Of a DNA stretch of 64,000 nt, positions 40,914 to 51,675 are shown in pieces. Source of the stretch: Hydrurus foetidus (taxonomy: Eukaryota). Within the stretch, counting starts at the first letter, position 1. Each line of letters begins with the position of its first letter. The notes beneath the pieces are model-generated. The model saw only the letters and a program-made list of their open reading frames with translations, ran no database searches and was not told the DNA's origin. The stretch covers positions 1,984,001 to 2,048,000 of the forward strand of contig UYFQ01000001.1 in assembly GCA_900617105.1 (NCBI GenBank). Direction: 5' to 3'. The position numbers and the translations under genes were made by a program.

Positions 40914-40926
40914 TGGGCTAAAGGCC
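40878..40926 (+). repeat. Family A repeat, copy 6 (overlaps the crcB C-terminus and stop)
   Basis: GCTACTCTTTTTATAGCTGCTAGCGCCCATATTTAATGGGCTAAAGGCC. Confidence 0.85.
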
Positions 40927-41071
40927 TATTTTTCATAAAATTTGGGCTATTTAAGCTCTGGCTCGGCACTTTTTCCGACTTGTCTGAAGAGCGTCGCCTG
41001 CAGAAAAACCAGTCAATATTGACGGGTTGTCATGCCAGCATGGCGATGGTTTAATTTAACGGACGAACCCT

Positions 41072-41683
41072 TTGCAAATCTTGCTGATTGATGACCACGC
41101 GCTGTTTCGTTCTGGCATGCGGCTGGTACTGCTGGCTGGCCTGCCCGAGGCACAGGTAATTGAAGCTGAATCGCTTGAACAGGCGGTGCGCACCAACAGC
41201 CAGAGCCCATCTATCGTGCTGCTTGACATTCAACTGCAAGGGGTCAGCGGGCTGGAGGACCTGGGGCTTTTGCAGCAGCGCTGACCAAGTGTGCCGGTGG
41301 TAATGCTGTCGCCTGTGATCGCCCCCGAAACCGTGCGGCTGGCGTTGGCACGAGGCGTGGCGGCGTTTGTGTCGAAAGCAGACACCGCAGAAAAAATTAT
41401 CGCGGTGGTGCAACAAACGCTTGGGGGTGGACCTGCAAGCGCATTTAACGCTAACGCTGCACCAGATGCAGGCAGCCGCTTAGGCAAATCTCGCCTGACC
41501 CCGCGCCAGTGCGAAGTGCTTGATTTGCTGTGTGAGGGCTTGTCAAACAAGATGATTGCCAAGCGCATGGAGCTGTCTGAGTTCACGGTACGCGGGCATG
41601 TGCAGGCGGTGCTGATTTTGCTCCGGGTTCAAAGCCGATCGCAGGTGACGTTCGCCGCGCGCCGAGCGGGCTTGATAGGCTGA
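41072..41683 (+). pseudogene. NarL/LuxR-family response regulator interrupted by an in-frame TGA
   Basis: REC N-half (IDDH, LLDI) and C-half plus LuxR HTH (LTPRQ.EVL..GLSNK) are in one frame, split by TGA at 41282-41284 where Trp is expected (QRWP). Confidence 0.85.
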
Positions 41684-43497
41684 TGGCGTTGGCCTTTCCC
41701 ACACGCGGCAAGAGCCTGACGGCCGCCGAAGGCCGGATTTTGATCGAACGCCTGCGCCTGCTGCACGGCAGCATGGGCGTGTCGGTCACAGCAATGTTTC
41801 CGGTCGCATTTTTGTTGGTGTGGACACTCATCAACGACAACAACCGCTGGGCGATTTTGCTGTGGTGTTTTGCCATATTGGCATCGAACGTGTACACCGC
41901 GCTGGACTCTCGCCGCCAATTGAAAACACCGCCGGCAGTCGAGCGTGTCACTTATGTGGTGCGCAAACTCATGGCGATCACCGCGTTTGACGGGCTGATT
42001 TGGGGCTTGCTCGCGTGGGGCACGCTGAGCGGTACCAATGTGGCGGGCAGTGTGTTTGTGATTGCGGTGATCGCTGGTATCTTGGGCGGTGCGGTGTCAT
42101 TGCTCAGCCCGGTGATGCCGATTTTTTTGGCGTTCGCGGTGCCCATGATGACCCTGCTGGTGGCCAAACTGCTGAGCCTGGACGACCCGATTTACCAGTC
42201 AGTAGCCGTCGCTGCCGTGCTCTACACGCTGACCATGTACAGCCACGCCTTGAAGAGCAGCCGGTCTGCGCTGGCTGCAATTGAGTTGCGCTTTGAAAAC
42301 GTTGACTTGGTGGAGCAAGCGCAGGCCGCGCGGCTTGATGCGGAAGAAGCCAACCTGACCAAGTGTAAATTTTTGGCAGCCGCCAGCCACGACTTGCGCC
42401 AGCCGATTCATGCGCAAGGCTTGTTTTTGGAAGTGCTCAGCCAAACGCCGCTGACTCCGCATCAAAGCCACGTACTGGCCAGCGCCCGGTCTGCATCAAC
42501 CGCGTCGAGCGACATGCTGAACACGCTGCTGGATTTTTCGCGCATTGAGGCGGGCGTGGTGATGCCGCACAACGCGCCGTTTGACTTGCAAACCCTGCTC
42601 AACAAAATCGAAAATGATTTAGCGCCGCAGGCCGATGCAAAAGGACTGGTTTACCGCACGCGTGAAACCCCGGTGACCATTGACTCTGATGCAGGCTTGG
42701 TCGAAATGATTTTGCGCAACCTGGCGAGCAACGCGATTCGGTACACCGAGCCAGGCAGCGGCCGGGGCGGTGTGCTGGTGGCTTGCCGGGCGCGTGCGGG
42801 CAGCGCAAGCGTTGAAGTGTGGGACACCGGCATCGGCATTGCCCCAAAAGATCTTTTAAGCATCTTCAAAGAGTTTCACCAGTTGGGCAACCCAGAGCGT
42901 GACCGGCGCAAAGGCTTGGGGCTGGGCTTGGCGATAGCCGATGGTTTGAGCAAAACCCTAGGCCACTCGCTGAGCCTCGCGTCAACACCCGGGCTTGGGA
43001 GCGTGTTCAAACTCGCGCTGCCGGTGGTCAAGGCCGATCAAATAGTTGCTGAACACGACCCAGCCAACAAGCAGATTGCACCGGGTCTTTTGCAAGGTGT
43101 GCGGGTGCTGGTCATTGACAATGACGAGTCGGTGTTGGCAGGCATGGCGCAGTTGCTGCAAAGCTGGGGCTGTGTGGTAAGCAGCGCGGGCTCGGTTAGC
43201 CAGGCGATGGAGCACGCTCAAACCCAGCCGCCAGACTTGCTGATCAGCGACTACCGTTTGCGCGGCCAACGCACGGGCGCTCAAGCTGTGGCGGCGCTGC
43301 GCACCTTGCTGGGCGCAGGCAAGCCCGCGCTGATGATTACCGGCGACACCGCGCCGGAACGCCTGCGAGAAGCAATGAGCAGCGGCGTGCCCCTGCTACA
43401 CAAACCAGTGGCGCCTGAACAGTTGTACCGCGCCGTGGTGACGCTGCTTGAAGAAGCGCACCAACAAAATGCACGTGAATTGGATGCTGTCCGTTAA
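41683..43497 (+). CDS. Hybrid sensor histidine kinase (membrane domain, HisKA, HATPase, REC)
   Basis: AASHDLRQP H-box, NLASNAIRYT, DTGIG, GLGLGLAI, C-terminal REC (ISDYRL, HKP). Confidence 0.93.
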   Translation: MALAFPTRGKSLTAAEGRILIERLRLLHGSMGVSVTAMFPVAFLLVWTLINDNNRWAILLWCFAILASNVYTALDSRRQLKTPPAVERVTYVVRKLMAITAFDGLIWGLLAWGTLSGTNVAGSVFVIAVIAGILGGAVSLLSPVMPIFLAFAVPMMTLLVAKLLSLDDPIYQSVAVAAVLYTLTMYSHALKSSRSALAAIELRFENVDLVEQAQAARLDAEEANLTKCKFLAAASHDLRQPIHAQGLFLEVLSQTPLTPHQSHVLASARSASTASSDMLNTLLDFSRIEAGVVMPHNAPFDLQTLLNKIENDLAPQADAKGLVYRTRETPVTIDSDAGLVEMILRNLASNAIRYTEPGSGRGGVLVACRARAGSASVEVWDTGIGIAPKDLLSIFKEFHQLGNPERDRRKGLGLGLAIADGLSKTLGHSLSLASTPGLGSVFKLALPVVKADQIVAEHDPANKQIAPGLLQGVRVLVIDNDESVLAGMAQLLQSWGCVVSSAGSVSQAMEHAQTQPPDLLISDYRLRGQRTGAQAVAALRTLLGAGKPALMITGDTAPERLREAMSSGVPLLHKPVAPEQLYRAVVTLLEEAHQQNARELDAVR

Positions 43498-43504
43498 TTA
43501 TTTA

Positions 43505-43552
43505 GCTATATATTTAAGAGCTGCTCGCGCCCGTATTTATTCGGCTATAGCC
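43505..43552 (+). repeat. Family A repeat, copy 7
   Basis: GCTATATATTTAAGAGCTGCTCGCGCCCGTATTTATTCGGCTATAGCC. Confidence 0.85.
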
Positions 43553-43614
43553 GCTTTTTATGCCTGAAAACGGCTAAATTAAGGGCCGCACGGCCTTTTA
43601 GGGGCCACCCTCGC

Positions 43615-44727
43615 TCAAGCGCGCAGACGAGCCGGATTTAAACCGCACACCAAATCGCCCGGATCGTTTTCAGGCACAGCACGTTCATTTTTTGCCTGCG
43701 CAACTTCCATGTCGCGCGGCAGCACCACGCCGTTTTTAACCGCCAGTACTTCCGCCATGACGCTGACTGCAATTTCTGGCGGGGTTTTGCTGCCGATATA
43801 AATACCAATCGGGCCGCGCAGCCTTGCCAATACGGATTGGCTGACACTGAAATGCTCTGCCATGCGTTGATGCCGCGCGTCGTTGTTGCGGCGCGAGCCA
43901 ATAGCGCCGACATAAAACGCGTCGGTATTGAGCGCTTCAAGCAAGGCCAAATCGTCAAGTTTTGGGTCGTGCGTGAGTGCAATCACGCAGCTGCGGCGGT
44001 CGGGTTTGAAGGCGATTACTACGTCGTCGGGCATGCTGCTCAGCACGGTAACGCCCGGCACCGACCACGCGGTTCGGTATTCTTCACGCGGGTCGCAGAC
44101 GGTGACTGCAAAGCCGCTAAAAATTGCCATCGTGGCCAGGTACTCGGTCAACTGCCCGGCGCCAATCAGCAGCATGCGGTACTCCGGGCCAAAGGTGTTG
44201 ACCAGCTCGGCAGCAGACAAGCTCAGCTCGGCGGGCGCTGAACTGGGCAGCAGCTTTACTTCGCCGTCGGCTACGCGCACGCTGCGCTGCATCAGCTGAC
44301 CAGCTTCCAGCGCGGTGACCAGCGCACTCAACGCCGCAGCGTCGGGGTCGTATTCCAACAATAGTTCAAGCGTGCCGCCACAAGGCAGGCCAAAGCGATG
44401 CGCCTCGTCAGCGGTGACGCCATATTTAACAAACCCTGGCGGGCCTGACGGAATGACTTTGCCCGCATCCAGACTGGCCGCGCCGCCCCCCGCTCCACCA
44501 TTAGCTGTGCTGGAGTAAGCCTGCGTAAATTGGTAAATCAAATCGTCTTCAATACAGCCGCCAGACACCGACCCGACGACTGCTCCGGTTTCACACAGCG
44601 CCATGATGGAGCCCACCGGCCGAGGCGATGACCCCCATGTGCGCACGACAGTCGCCAGCAACGCGCGCTTGCCCGCCAGGCGCCAACCGGCCAGCGTACG
44701 CAGCACCATGACATCAATATTTTCCAT
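43615..44727 (-). CDS. xdhC: XdhC/CoxF-family Moco-insertion chaperone
   Basis: TWGSSPRP, GSVSGGCIE, GLPCGG, THDPKLDD, KTPPEIAVS; start re-called to 44727. Confidence 0.9.
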   Translation of the reverse strand: MENIDVMVLRTLAGWRLAGKRALLATVVRTWGSSPRPVGSIMALCETGAVVGSVSGGCIEDDLIYQFTQAYSSTANGGAGGGAASLDAGKVIPSGPPGFVKYGVTADEAHRFGLPCGGTLELLLEYDPDAAALSALVTALEAGQLMQRSVRVADGEVKLLPSSAPAELSLSAAELVNTFGPEYRMLLIGAGQLTEYLATMAIFSGFAVTVCDPREEYRTAWSVPGVTVLSSMPDDVVIAFKPDRRSCVIALTHDPKLDDLALLEALNTDAFYVGAIGSRRNNDARHQRMAEHFSVSQSVLARLRGPIGIYIGSKTPPEIAVSVMAEVLAVKNGVVLPRDMEVAQAKNERAVPENDPGDLVCGLNPARLRA

Positions 44728-44731
44728 CTCG

Positions 44732-45319
44732 CTACCGGGTTGCCCACCAAATTGCCAAGCCCAAAGCAACCGCACCTGCGGCCCACACCCAAGTGGGCAC
44801 ACCTTGCTTGCCTTCAAGCCCGCTAGGGTGCGTGTTGACATCGCCCATCACAATTTTGGCGGCGTAGGCGTCGGGGTGCTGGCGCTGCATTTCGTTGTCG
44901 AACCGTTTAAAAAAGTCTTCCGCCATGACCTTGGCAGCACCGTCAACCAAGCGTTGGCCGAGCTGGGCAATTTTGCCACCCACGGATGCGTGAACCGTGT
45001 AAGCCAGCTCGCAGCCGCCGTCGTTGGGGGTCAGCGTCACAGCGGAGTCGCCCTTGCCAAAACCAGCCGGGCCGCCCTGCCCCTCAAAATTAAGTTTGTA
45101 GCTGGCGGGCGGATTCATATCGCTTAGCGTGATCTTGCCGGTGAATTTGGCCGATACAGGCCCGATTTTTATCGACATGCCAATGGCGTACTGGCCCTCG
45201 CCGGCGGGCTCTACTTTGTCGCAACCCGGTATGCAGGTTTTGAGCACTGCCGGGTCGTTAAGCGCGTCCCACGCCTGCTGCTGGGTAATAGCGAGTTGGC
45301 GGCTGCCTTGCATGTCCAT
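44732..45319 (-). CDS. coxG: CoxG (SRPBCC) with C-terminal TM anchor
   Basis: WDALNDP.VL..CIPGC, VGGKIAQLGQRL. Confidence 0.92.
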   Translation of the reverse strand: MDMQGSRQLAITQQQAWDALNDPAVLKTCIPGCDKVEPAGEGQYAIGMSIKIGPVSAKFTGKITLSDMNPPASYKLNFEGQGGPAGFGKGDSAVTLTPNDGGCELAYTVHASVGGKIAQLGQRLVDGAAKVMAEDFFKRFDNEMQRQHPDAYAAKIVMGDVNTHPSGLEGKQGVPTWVWAAGAVALGLAIWWATR

Positions 45320-45331
45320 GATGTGTTCCTC

Positions 45332-46525
45332 TTATTTTTTCATGATGGCTGCCAGGCTGGCCGCCAACTCTTCAAGTTTGCTTAGATTGTGTACCGCCAG
45401 CATGCCATGCGCATTGGCGTGCAGCGCCGCAGCACCTTGGGCTAACGGCGCGTAGCCGTCAAAGCGCATCAGGGGATTTAGCCACAACAATCGGCGGCTG
45501 CGTCTGCGCAGCCAGGCCAGTTCGGTGGCCAAAGCCTGCGGCTCGCCGGTGTCAAGCCCATCAGTGATTACCAGCACTACTGTACGCCTGCCGACCAAAC
45601 GCCGCCCATGCAGCGTGCGCAGGCTGCCAAGCGACGCGCCGAGTTGCGTGCCGCCCGCGAAGTCTTCAATCGCCTGGCTGGCCTGCTTGAGCATGGCGTC
45701 GGTATCGGCTTGCTTGAAAGCAGGGGTCAAGTCAGTCAACCCCATGCCAAAGGCGAACACGTCGCGCTGTTTGCATGCATTGCTATTTTTGGTAGCGGCA
45801 TGCAGAAAAGCCAACAACAAGCGGGAGTAGCGCTCCATCGAGCCTGACACATCAACCAACACCAGCAGCGGTAGCGGTTGCTGGCGGCGCGTCAAACGCG
45901 GCAGGTGAATCAGTTCACCGCCGGTTCGTGCAGCGCGCGCCATCACGCCGGGCCAGTGCATACGCGCGCCAGAACTTGCCGGTCTGCTTCGGCGCGATGC
46001 AAATTGCGGAAGCGGCAAATGGATGTTGCGCGCCAGGCTTTCTACCAAACGGTATTCGGTTGCCGACAGGGCATTGAAATCAGCGTGCTGCAAGCGCTGA
46101 ATGTCGCTGGCCGTCATCACGGCGTCGAATTCAAGCTTTTGATCTTCTTGGGTAGGCATGGCCTGCTGGCCAAACTTTTTTTGCGCCTGCAGCGCCTCTT
46201 GCACACGCGGGCGGCGCTTGCTTGGCTCGGCTTTACCGCCCGACGACGGCAGCAGCTGGGCAAGCAATTTGTTGGCGACTTTCGGGTCTTGAAAATACAC
46301 ATCAAACAGCTCGCGAAAAACCAGCCGGTCTTGCTCACGGCTGATCATGACGGCTTCAAAAGCGGCAGACAAATCTTCTCGCTCTGCGAGCCCTACTGCT
46401 AAAGCCGCCGTGTTGGCAAGTGCGATTTTTTGGCTGTCGACTTTGACGCCAGCACGGCGAAGTGCGCGGCCAAACCCGGTGATGTTGTCAGCGAGTTTGC
46501 CAACCCGTGCATCACCTAAAAGCAC
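45332..46525 (-). CDS. coxE: CoxE vWA-domain protein
   Basis: DVSGSM MIDAS motif, ITDGLD, WLNPL. Confidence 0.92.
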   Translation of the reverse strand: MLLGDARVGKLADNITGFGRALRRAGVKVDSQKIALANTAALAVGLAEREDLSAAFEAVMISREQDRLVFRELFDVYFQDPKVANKLLAQLLPSSGGKAEPSKRRPRVQEALQAQKKFGQQAMPTQEDQKLEFDAVMTASDIQRLQHADFNALSATEYRLVESLARNIHLPLPQFASRRSRPASSGARMHWPGVMARAARTGGELIHLPRLTRRQQPLPLLVLVDVSGSMERYSRLLLAFLHAATKNSNACKQRDVFAFGMGLTDLTPAFKQADTDAMLKQASQAIEDFAGGTQLGASLGSLRTLHGRRLVGRRTVVLVITDGLDTGEPQALATELAWLRRRSRRLLWLNPLMRFDGYAPLAQGAAALHANAHGMLAVHNLSKLEELAASLAAIMKK

Positions 46526-46555
46526 TTTGAGTCCTTAGGCTCAAATCGCACTGCT

Positions 46556-47464
46556 TCACACTTCTTCAGGCGTAAGCAGCAGCTGAGCCATTTCATGAGT
46601 CATGGCAGTGACGTCTTCACGCTGCTTGAACAAAATACCTGCGGTGTCCATCACCACTTCAGGGTCAACGGTGAGCGTGTTCAGTGCAATCAGCGCCTTG
46701 GCCCATTCCACGCTTTCGGCAATGCCGGGGGCGCGTTGAAAGGCGTTGCCAAACGGGGCGCGCCGCAGCTTGTCAACAAACGCTGCCACCTGCGCAGACA
46801 ACTGCTCGCTGGCCTCGGGTACACGGGCCCGCACAATCGCCAGCTCGCGTTCGCGCTCTGGGTAGTCCAGCCAGTGGTACAGGCAGCGGCGCTTGACAGC
46901 GTCGTTCAAATCACGGGTGCGGTTGCTGGTCAAAATGGTCACTGGCGTGCTGATGGCTTTGACGGTACCAATCTCAGGAATGCTGACCTGGTATTCGCCC
47001 AGGTACTCCAGCAAGAAGGCTTCAAACGGTTCGTCTGCGCGGTCTACCTCGTCAATGAGCAAAACGGCGCCGGGCGCGGGCGCCTGCAAGGCTTGCAGCA
47101 GTGGGCGGCGAATCAAATAGCGGTCTTGGTACACCTCGCGCTCAACATCGGCCGTGTCGCCTTTGCCCTCAGCCGCTCTCATGTGCAGCAGCTGGGCGGC
47201 GTAATTCCACTCGTACAAGGCCTCGCGCTGCTCCAGTCCGTCGTAGCACTGCAGACGAATTAACTGACGCTGTAATGCAATGCTGAGGGCTTTGGCCAGC
47301 TCAGTTTTGCCGACACCGGGCTCACCTTCCAGCAGCAGCGGGCGCTGAAGTTTGAGCGCCAAAAATACAGCGGTGGCCAAGCGGCGATCCGCAAAATAAC
47401 CGGCGTCTTGCAGCGCATCGGTGAGGGCATCAATAGACGAAAAAAGCGCAGGGGTAGGTGTCAT
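46556..47464 (-). CDS. coxD: CoxD MoxR-type AAA+ ATPase
   Basis: GEPGVGKT, LQCYDG, LLIDEVDR. Confidence 0.92.
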   Translation of the reverse strand: MTPTPALFSSIDALTDALQDAGYFADRRLATAVFLALKLQRPLLLEGEPGVGKTELAKALSIALQRQLIRLQCYDGLEQREALYEWNYAAQLLHMRAAEGKGDTADVEREVYQDRYLIRRPLLQALQAPAPGAVLLIDEVDRADEPFEAFLLEYLGEYQVSIPEIGTVKAISTPVTILTSNRTRDLNDAVKRRCLYHWLDYPERERELAIVRARVPEASEQLSAQVAAFVDKLRRAPFGNAFQRAPGIAESVEWAKALIALNTLTVDPEVVMDTAGILFKQREDVTAMTHEMAQLLLTPEEV

Positions 47465-47466
47465 GT

Positions 47467-47514
47467 ACTATAAATTTAGTAGCTGCTCGCGCCCGTATTT
47501 ATTGGGCTAGGGCA
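47467..47514 (+). repeat. Family A repeat, copy 8 (abuts the coxD start codon)
   Basis: ACTATAAATTTAGTAGCTGCTCGCGCCCGTATTTATTGGGCTAGGGCA. Confidence 0.85.
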
Positions 47515-47690
47515 CTAAAACACATCGAAAAAAGGCATGAAATCAATGTTTCGCTGCCTTGGGCTTAGTTAGCCTCTTCGAACCGCTTAGGGCGTGCTCC
47601 CAAACCAAGATCCGAGGAGCACCCCTGTTGCTGCAAAACTGAACTCAGGAACCTGCATACAAGCTAAGGGCCAGTACTGCAGGTAACTAA

Positions 47691-48485
47691 TCAGGCCAGC
47701 GCCATGGTCACGCCGCGCTGTGTTTGCACACTGATCAAGTTGGCCCGGTACGCAGCGGTCGCATGAATATCGCTGTTCAGGCCGGCTGGGTCCACTTTGA
47801 CAGCGGCTGCAGATTCTGGCGTGAAGCTCTTGTTCAATGCCGCCTCCAGTCCAGCGTGTCGAAACACCCCGCCACTCGACGCGCCGGTCACGGCGACCCG
47901 CACATCGCCATCAAATTGCGCGACAAACACGCCGACCATCGCAAAGCGCGACGCCTGCTGCTTGAACTTCATGTAGGCCGCCCGCTTGGGAATAGGAAAG
48001 CTGATCGCGGTGATCAATTCGCCATCATTCAAAGCGGTGGTGAACATGCCTTGAAAGTAATCCTTGGCTTCAATTTTGCGCGCGGTTGTGTGAATGGTTG
48101 CGCCTAATGCCAGTACGGCGCTGGGGTAGCAAGCTGAAGGGTCGTTATTAGCAACTGACCCGCCCATGGTGCCCATCGCGCGCACTTGGCGGTCACCAAT
48201 ATTGCCTGCCAAATGCGCCAGCCCGGGGATAGCTGCCAACACGTCAGCATTGACGGCAACGTCGGCATGCCGCGCCATGGCGCCAATAACCAGGCTATTG
48301 CCCTCGCGCTTGATGCTGCTCATGTCTTTGATGCCGCTCAGATCAGCCAGTTGCTCGGGGTTAGACAAGCGCAGCTTCATCGAAGCGAGCAAAGTCTGCC
48401 CACCCGCGAGGGGCTTGGCGCCAGCAGCGGCCAGCTTGGCCGCCTCGGCGGTAGTTGTTGGGCGCTCTAATGTAAATGCGTACAT
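47691..48485 (-). CDS. coxM: Molybdo-flavoenzyme FAD subunit
   Basis: AGGQTL, IGDRQVR..GT.GGS. Confidence 0.9.
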   Translation of the reverse strand: MYAFTLERPTTTAEAAKLAAAGAKPLAGGQTLLASMKLRLSNPEQLADLSGIKDMSSIKREGNSLVIGAMARHADVAVNADVLAAIPGLAHLAGNIGDRQVRAMGTMGGSVANNDPSACYPSAVLALGATIHTTARKIEAKDYFQGMFTTALNDGELITAISFPIPKRAAYMKFKQQASRFAMVGVFVAQFDGDVRVAVTGASSGGVFRHAGLEAALNKSFTPESAAAVKVDPAGLNSDIHATAAYRANLISVQTQRGVTMALA

Positions 48486-48528
48486 GGTGATGCTCCGGTA
48501 TTTATCTTGAAAACAGTACTGATCAGAA

Positions 48529-50904
48529 TTAGTGCTTGGCCGACTGAATGGCTTCCCACACGCGTGCGGGCGTAGCCGGCATGTCCAAATCCATCACGCC
48601 TAGCGGTTTGAGTGCGTCAAGCACCGCGTTAATCACAGCGGGCGGTGAACCAATAGCCCCCGCTTCGCCGCAACCTTTGGCGCCCAGCGGGTTGTGGCTA
48701 CACGGTGTGCACAGCGTGTCCAGTGTGAAGTTGGGCATATCGTCAGCGCGCGGCATGGTGTAGTCCATCATCGAGCCGGTCAGCAGCTGGCCGGTTTCTT
48801 CGTCGTACACGCAGTTCTCAAGCAGCGCTTGGCCAATGCCTTGCACCAAGCCGCCGTGCACCTGGCCTTCAACAATCATCGGGTTGATGATGTTGCCAAA
48901 GTCGTCTACAGCAGTGAAGCGGTCAACCCGCACTGTGCCAGTGGCCGGGTCAATTTCGACCTCGCAAATATAGGTACCCGACGGAAAAGTGAAGTTAGTC
49001 GGGTCGTAAAACGCGGTTTCATTCAGGCCCGGCTCAAGCTTGTCGAGCGGGTAGTTGTGCGGCACGTACGCGGTTAACGCCACTTGACCAAAGGTCACTT
49101 TTTTGTCGGTGCCTTTGATGGTGAATTCACCGTTGGCAAATTCAACGTCAGCGTCGCTGGCCTCCATCAAATGCGCCGCAATCTTTTTGGCCTTGATCTC
49201 AATTTTGTCAAGCGCCTTCATGATGGCAGTGCCGCCAACTGACATGGAGCGCGAGCCGTACGTACCCATGCCGAAGGGCACGCGGCCGGTGTCGCCGTGC
49301 ACAACATCTACCGAATCAACTGAAATGCCCAAGCGCGCTGCCACTACCTGTGCAAAGGTAGTTTCATGCCCTTGGCCATGGCTGTGCGAGCCGGTGAACA
49401 CGGTGACGCTGCCTGTGGGGTGCACGCGCACTTCGCCGCACTCAAACAAACCCGCACGCGCGCCCAATGCACCTGCAATGTTGCTGGGTGCCAGGCCGCA
49501 GGCTTCGATGTAGCTGGAGTAACCAATGCCGCGCACCAGCCCTTTGGCTTTAGACGCTGCCTGGCGTGCAGGCAAGCCTTTGATGTCGGCAAGCTCATTG
49601 GCGCGCGACAGCAACGCGCCAAAGTCGCCCACGTCGTATTGCAGTGCTACTGGGGTTTGATACGGAAACTCGGTAATAAAGTTGCGGCGACGAATTTCGT
49701 CTTGCGACAAGCCCAGCTCCCAGCCCGCGCGGGTAACGATTCGCTCAAGCAAGTAAGTGGCTTCAGGGCGGCCAGCGCCGCGATACGCATCTACTGGCGC
49801 GGTGTTGGTAAACCAGGCATCAACTTCGGCGTACACCAGCGGCGTAGCGTACTGGCCAGCCAGCAACGTAGCGTACAAAATAGTCGGTACTGCAGGCGCA
49901 AACGTAGACAAATAGGCGCCCATGTTGGCGTCGGTGTGTACACGCAGCGCTAAAAATTTGCCGTCTTTGTCCATAGCCAGTTCGGCATGGCTGGAATGAT
50001 CCCGGCCGTGCGCGTCGCTGACAAATGCTTCGCTTCGGTCGGCTGTCCATTTAATGTTGCGATTGAGCTTTTTAGACGCCCACACCAAACACACATCTTC
50101 AGCGTACAGATAAATTTTGGAGCCGAAACCGCCGCCCACGTCTGGCGCAATCACGCGCACTTTGTGCTCGGGCAACCCCATCACAAACGCGGTCAGCAGC
50201 AAGCGCTCTACGTGCGGGTTTTGGTTAGACACATACAGCGTGTAGTCGTCGTTGGCGCGGCTGTAGCCACCAATAGCCGAGCGCGGCTCCATGGCGTTTG
50301 GAATCAAACGGTTGTTGGTCAAATCAATTTTGGTGATGTGCGCAGCGGTAGTAAAAGCTGCGTCAACCACGGCTTTGTCGCCAATGGCCCACTTGTAGCA
50401 ATGGTTGTCTGGCGCAGCTTCGTGCAGGGCGGCGGCAGATTTTGCTTTGGTGACATTGACCACAGCAGTCAAAACGTCGTAGTCCACCTCAACCAGCTCA
50501 GCTGCATTTTTGGCCTGCTCAATCGTCTCGGCAACAACCATGGCCACGTGGTCGCCTACATAGCGCACCTTGCCTTGCGCAAGGATGGGGTGCGGTGGCT
50601 CTTTCATGGGGCTGCCGTCGGTGCTGGTGATGCCCCAACCACACGGCAGGCCGTTAATTTTGTCGGCAGCAACGTCGGCGCCAACGAATACGTCGAGCAC
50701 ACCAGGTGCGGCTTTGGCTGCATCAATATTGATGCTTTTGATGTTGGCGTGTGCATGCGGTGAGCGCACAAACACCGCGTAGCTTTGATTGGCCAGCGTG
50801 ATGTCGTCGGTGTACTGGCCGCCGCCGGTTAAAAAGCGGTAGTCTTCCTTGCGGCGGATAGATGCGCCAATATTGGGAAGTGTTGCGAAGTCTGGTGCGC
50901 CCAT
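48529..50904 (-). CDS. coxL: Molybdopterin subunit, form II CoxL-like
   Basis: VGGGFGSK, active-site loop AYRGAGR (form II, not AYXCSFR), GQGHET, KGCGE. Confidence 0.92.
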   Translation of the reverse strand: MGAPDFATLPNIGASIRRKEDYRFLTGGGQYTDDITLANQSYAVFVRSPHAHANIKSINIDAAKAAPGVLDVFVGADVAADKINGLPCGWGITSTDGSPMKEPPHPILAQGKVRYVGDHVAMVVAETIEQAKNAAELVEVDYDVLTAVVNVTKAKSAAALHEAAPDNHCYKWAIGDKAVVDAAFTTAAHITKIDLTNNRLIPNAMEPRSAIGGYSRANDDYTLYVSNQNPHVERLLLTAFVMGLPEHKVRVIAPDVGGGFGSKIYLYAEDVCLVWASKKLNRNIKWTADRSEAFVSDAHGRDHSSHAELAMDKDGKFLALRVHTDANMGAYLSTFAPAVPTILYATLLAGQYATPLVYAEVDAWFTNTAPVDAYRGAGRPEATYLLERIVTRAGWELGLSQDEIRRRNFITEFPYQTPVALQYDVGDFGALLSRANELADIKGLPARQAASKAKGLVRGIGYSSYIEACGLAPSNIAGALGARAGLFECGEVRVHPTGSVTVFTGSHSHGQGHETTFAQVVAARLGISVDSVDVVHGDTGRVPFGMGTYGSRSMSVGGTAIMKALDKIEIKAKKIAAHLMEASDADVEFANGEFTIKGTDKKVTFGQVALTAYVPHNYPLDKLEPGLNETAFYDPTNFTFPSGTYICEVEIDPATGTVRVDRFTAVDDFGNIINPMIVEGQVHGGLVQGIGQALLENCVYDEETGQLLTGSMMDYTMPRADDMPNFTLDTLCTPCSHNPLGAKGCGEAGAIGSPPAVINAVLDALKPLGVMDLDMPATPARVWEAIQSAKH

Positions 50905-50957
50905 GAGAATGCTCCTGAAGTGGTTTAAATGAATGAATGCAAAAAGAAAATAATCGC

Positions 50958-51425
50958 CTAAGCGGCCATGGCGGCAGCGCCAGTCCGAACGGCTTTAACA
51001 ATGTTTTGATAACCCGTGCAGCGGCAAATGTTGCCTTCGAGGTTTTCGCGAATTTCGATTTCGCTGGCCTTTGGGAGCCGATTGCACAAGTCAACCGCGC
51101 TCATCACCATGCCAGTAGTGCAGAAACCGCATTGCAGGCCGTGGCACTCTTTGAAGGCCGCTTGCATGGGGTGCATGGTGCCATCTTTGGCAGCCAAGCC
51201 TTCAATGGTCGTGATGTCTGCGCCTTGTGCTTGGGCCGCCAACATGTTGCAGGACTTGACGGCTCGGCCGTTCATGATCACGGTGCACGCGCCGCACTGC
51301 GCGGTGTCGCAACCCACATGGGTACCCGTGAGCAGCAGCTTTTCTCTGAGAACTTGAACCAACAAAGTGTTGGCTGGCATGTCAACGTTGGAGGATTTGC
51401 CGTTGACGGTAAATTGAACTTGCAT
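50958..51425 (-). CDS. coxS: 2x[2Fe-2S] subunit
   Basis: [23 protein letters not shown]. Confidence 0.93.
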   Translation of the reverse strand: MQVQFTVNGKSSNVDMPANTLLVQVLREKLLLTGTHVGCDTAQCGACTVIMNGRAVKSCNMLAAQAQGADITTIEGLAAKDGTMHPMQAAFKECHGLQCGFCTTGMVMSAVDLCNRLPKASEIEIRENLEGNICRCTGYQNIVKAVRTGAAAMAA

Positions 51426-51675
51426 GTGTCTGTCTCCTGATGGCTATTGAGTGGCTACGGAATTTTCAGCGCCTGAAAAGCGCGAAACTTTTTAATTATT
51501 CGAGCAGACGCACCGGTCATAACTAGGCAAAACCCTTGTACTGGCGGCAAAGAAATACTTATTCTCAAAATGCAACACTCGGAGAAATTCGAGCGGCCCT
51601 ACCTTGCCCGCTTGACTCTGGTAAGGTGTTGCATCAGCTAAAGTTTGTTCTGTCAGCCGAGTTCGCCGTCAAGAA

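Noticed and set aside
41282..41284. Selenocysteine recoding of the TGA
   Set aside because: The position corresponds to Trp in a REC domain, not a catalytic Cys, and I see no convincing SECIS.
47590..47626. GTGCTCC/GGAGCAC inverted repeat between coxM and coxD
   Set aside because: Short stem with a long loop and no U tract; not supportable as a terminator or Moco riboswitch.
48529..50904. Calling the cluster a true CO dehydrogenase
   Set aside because: Lacks the form I AYXCSFR copper-ligand motif and has SLM gene order.
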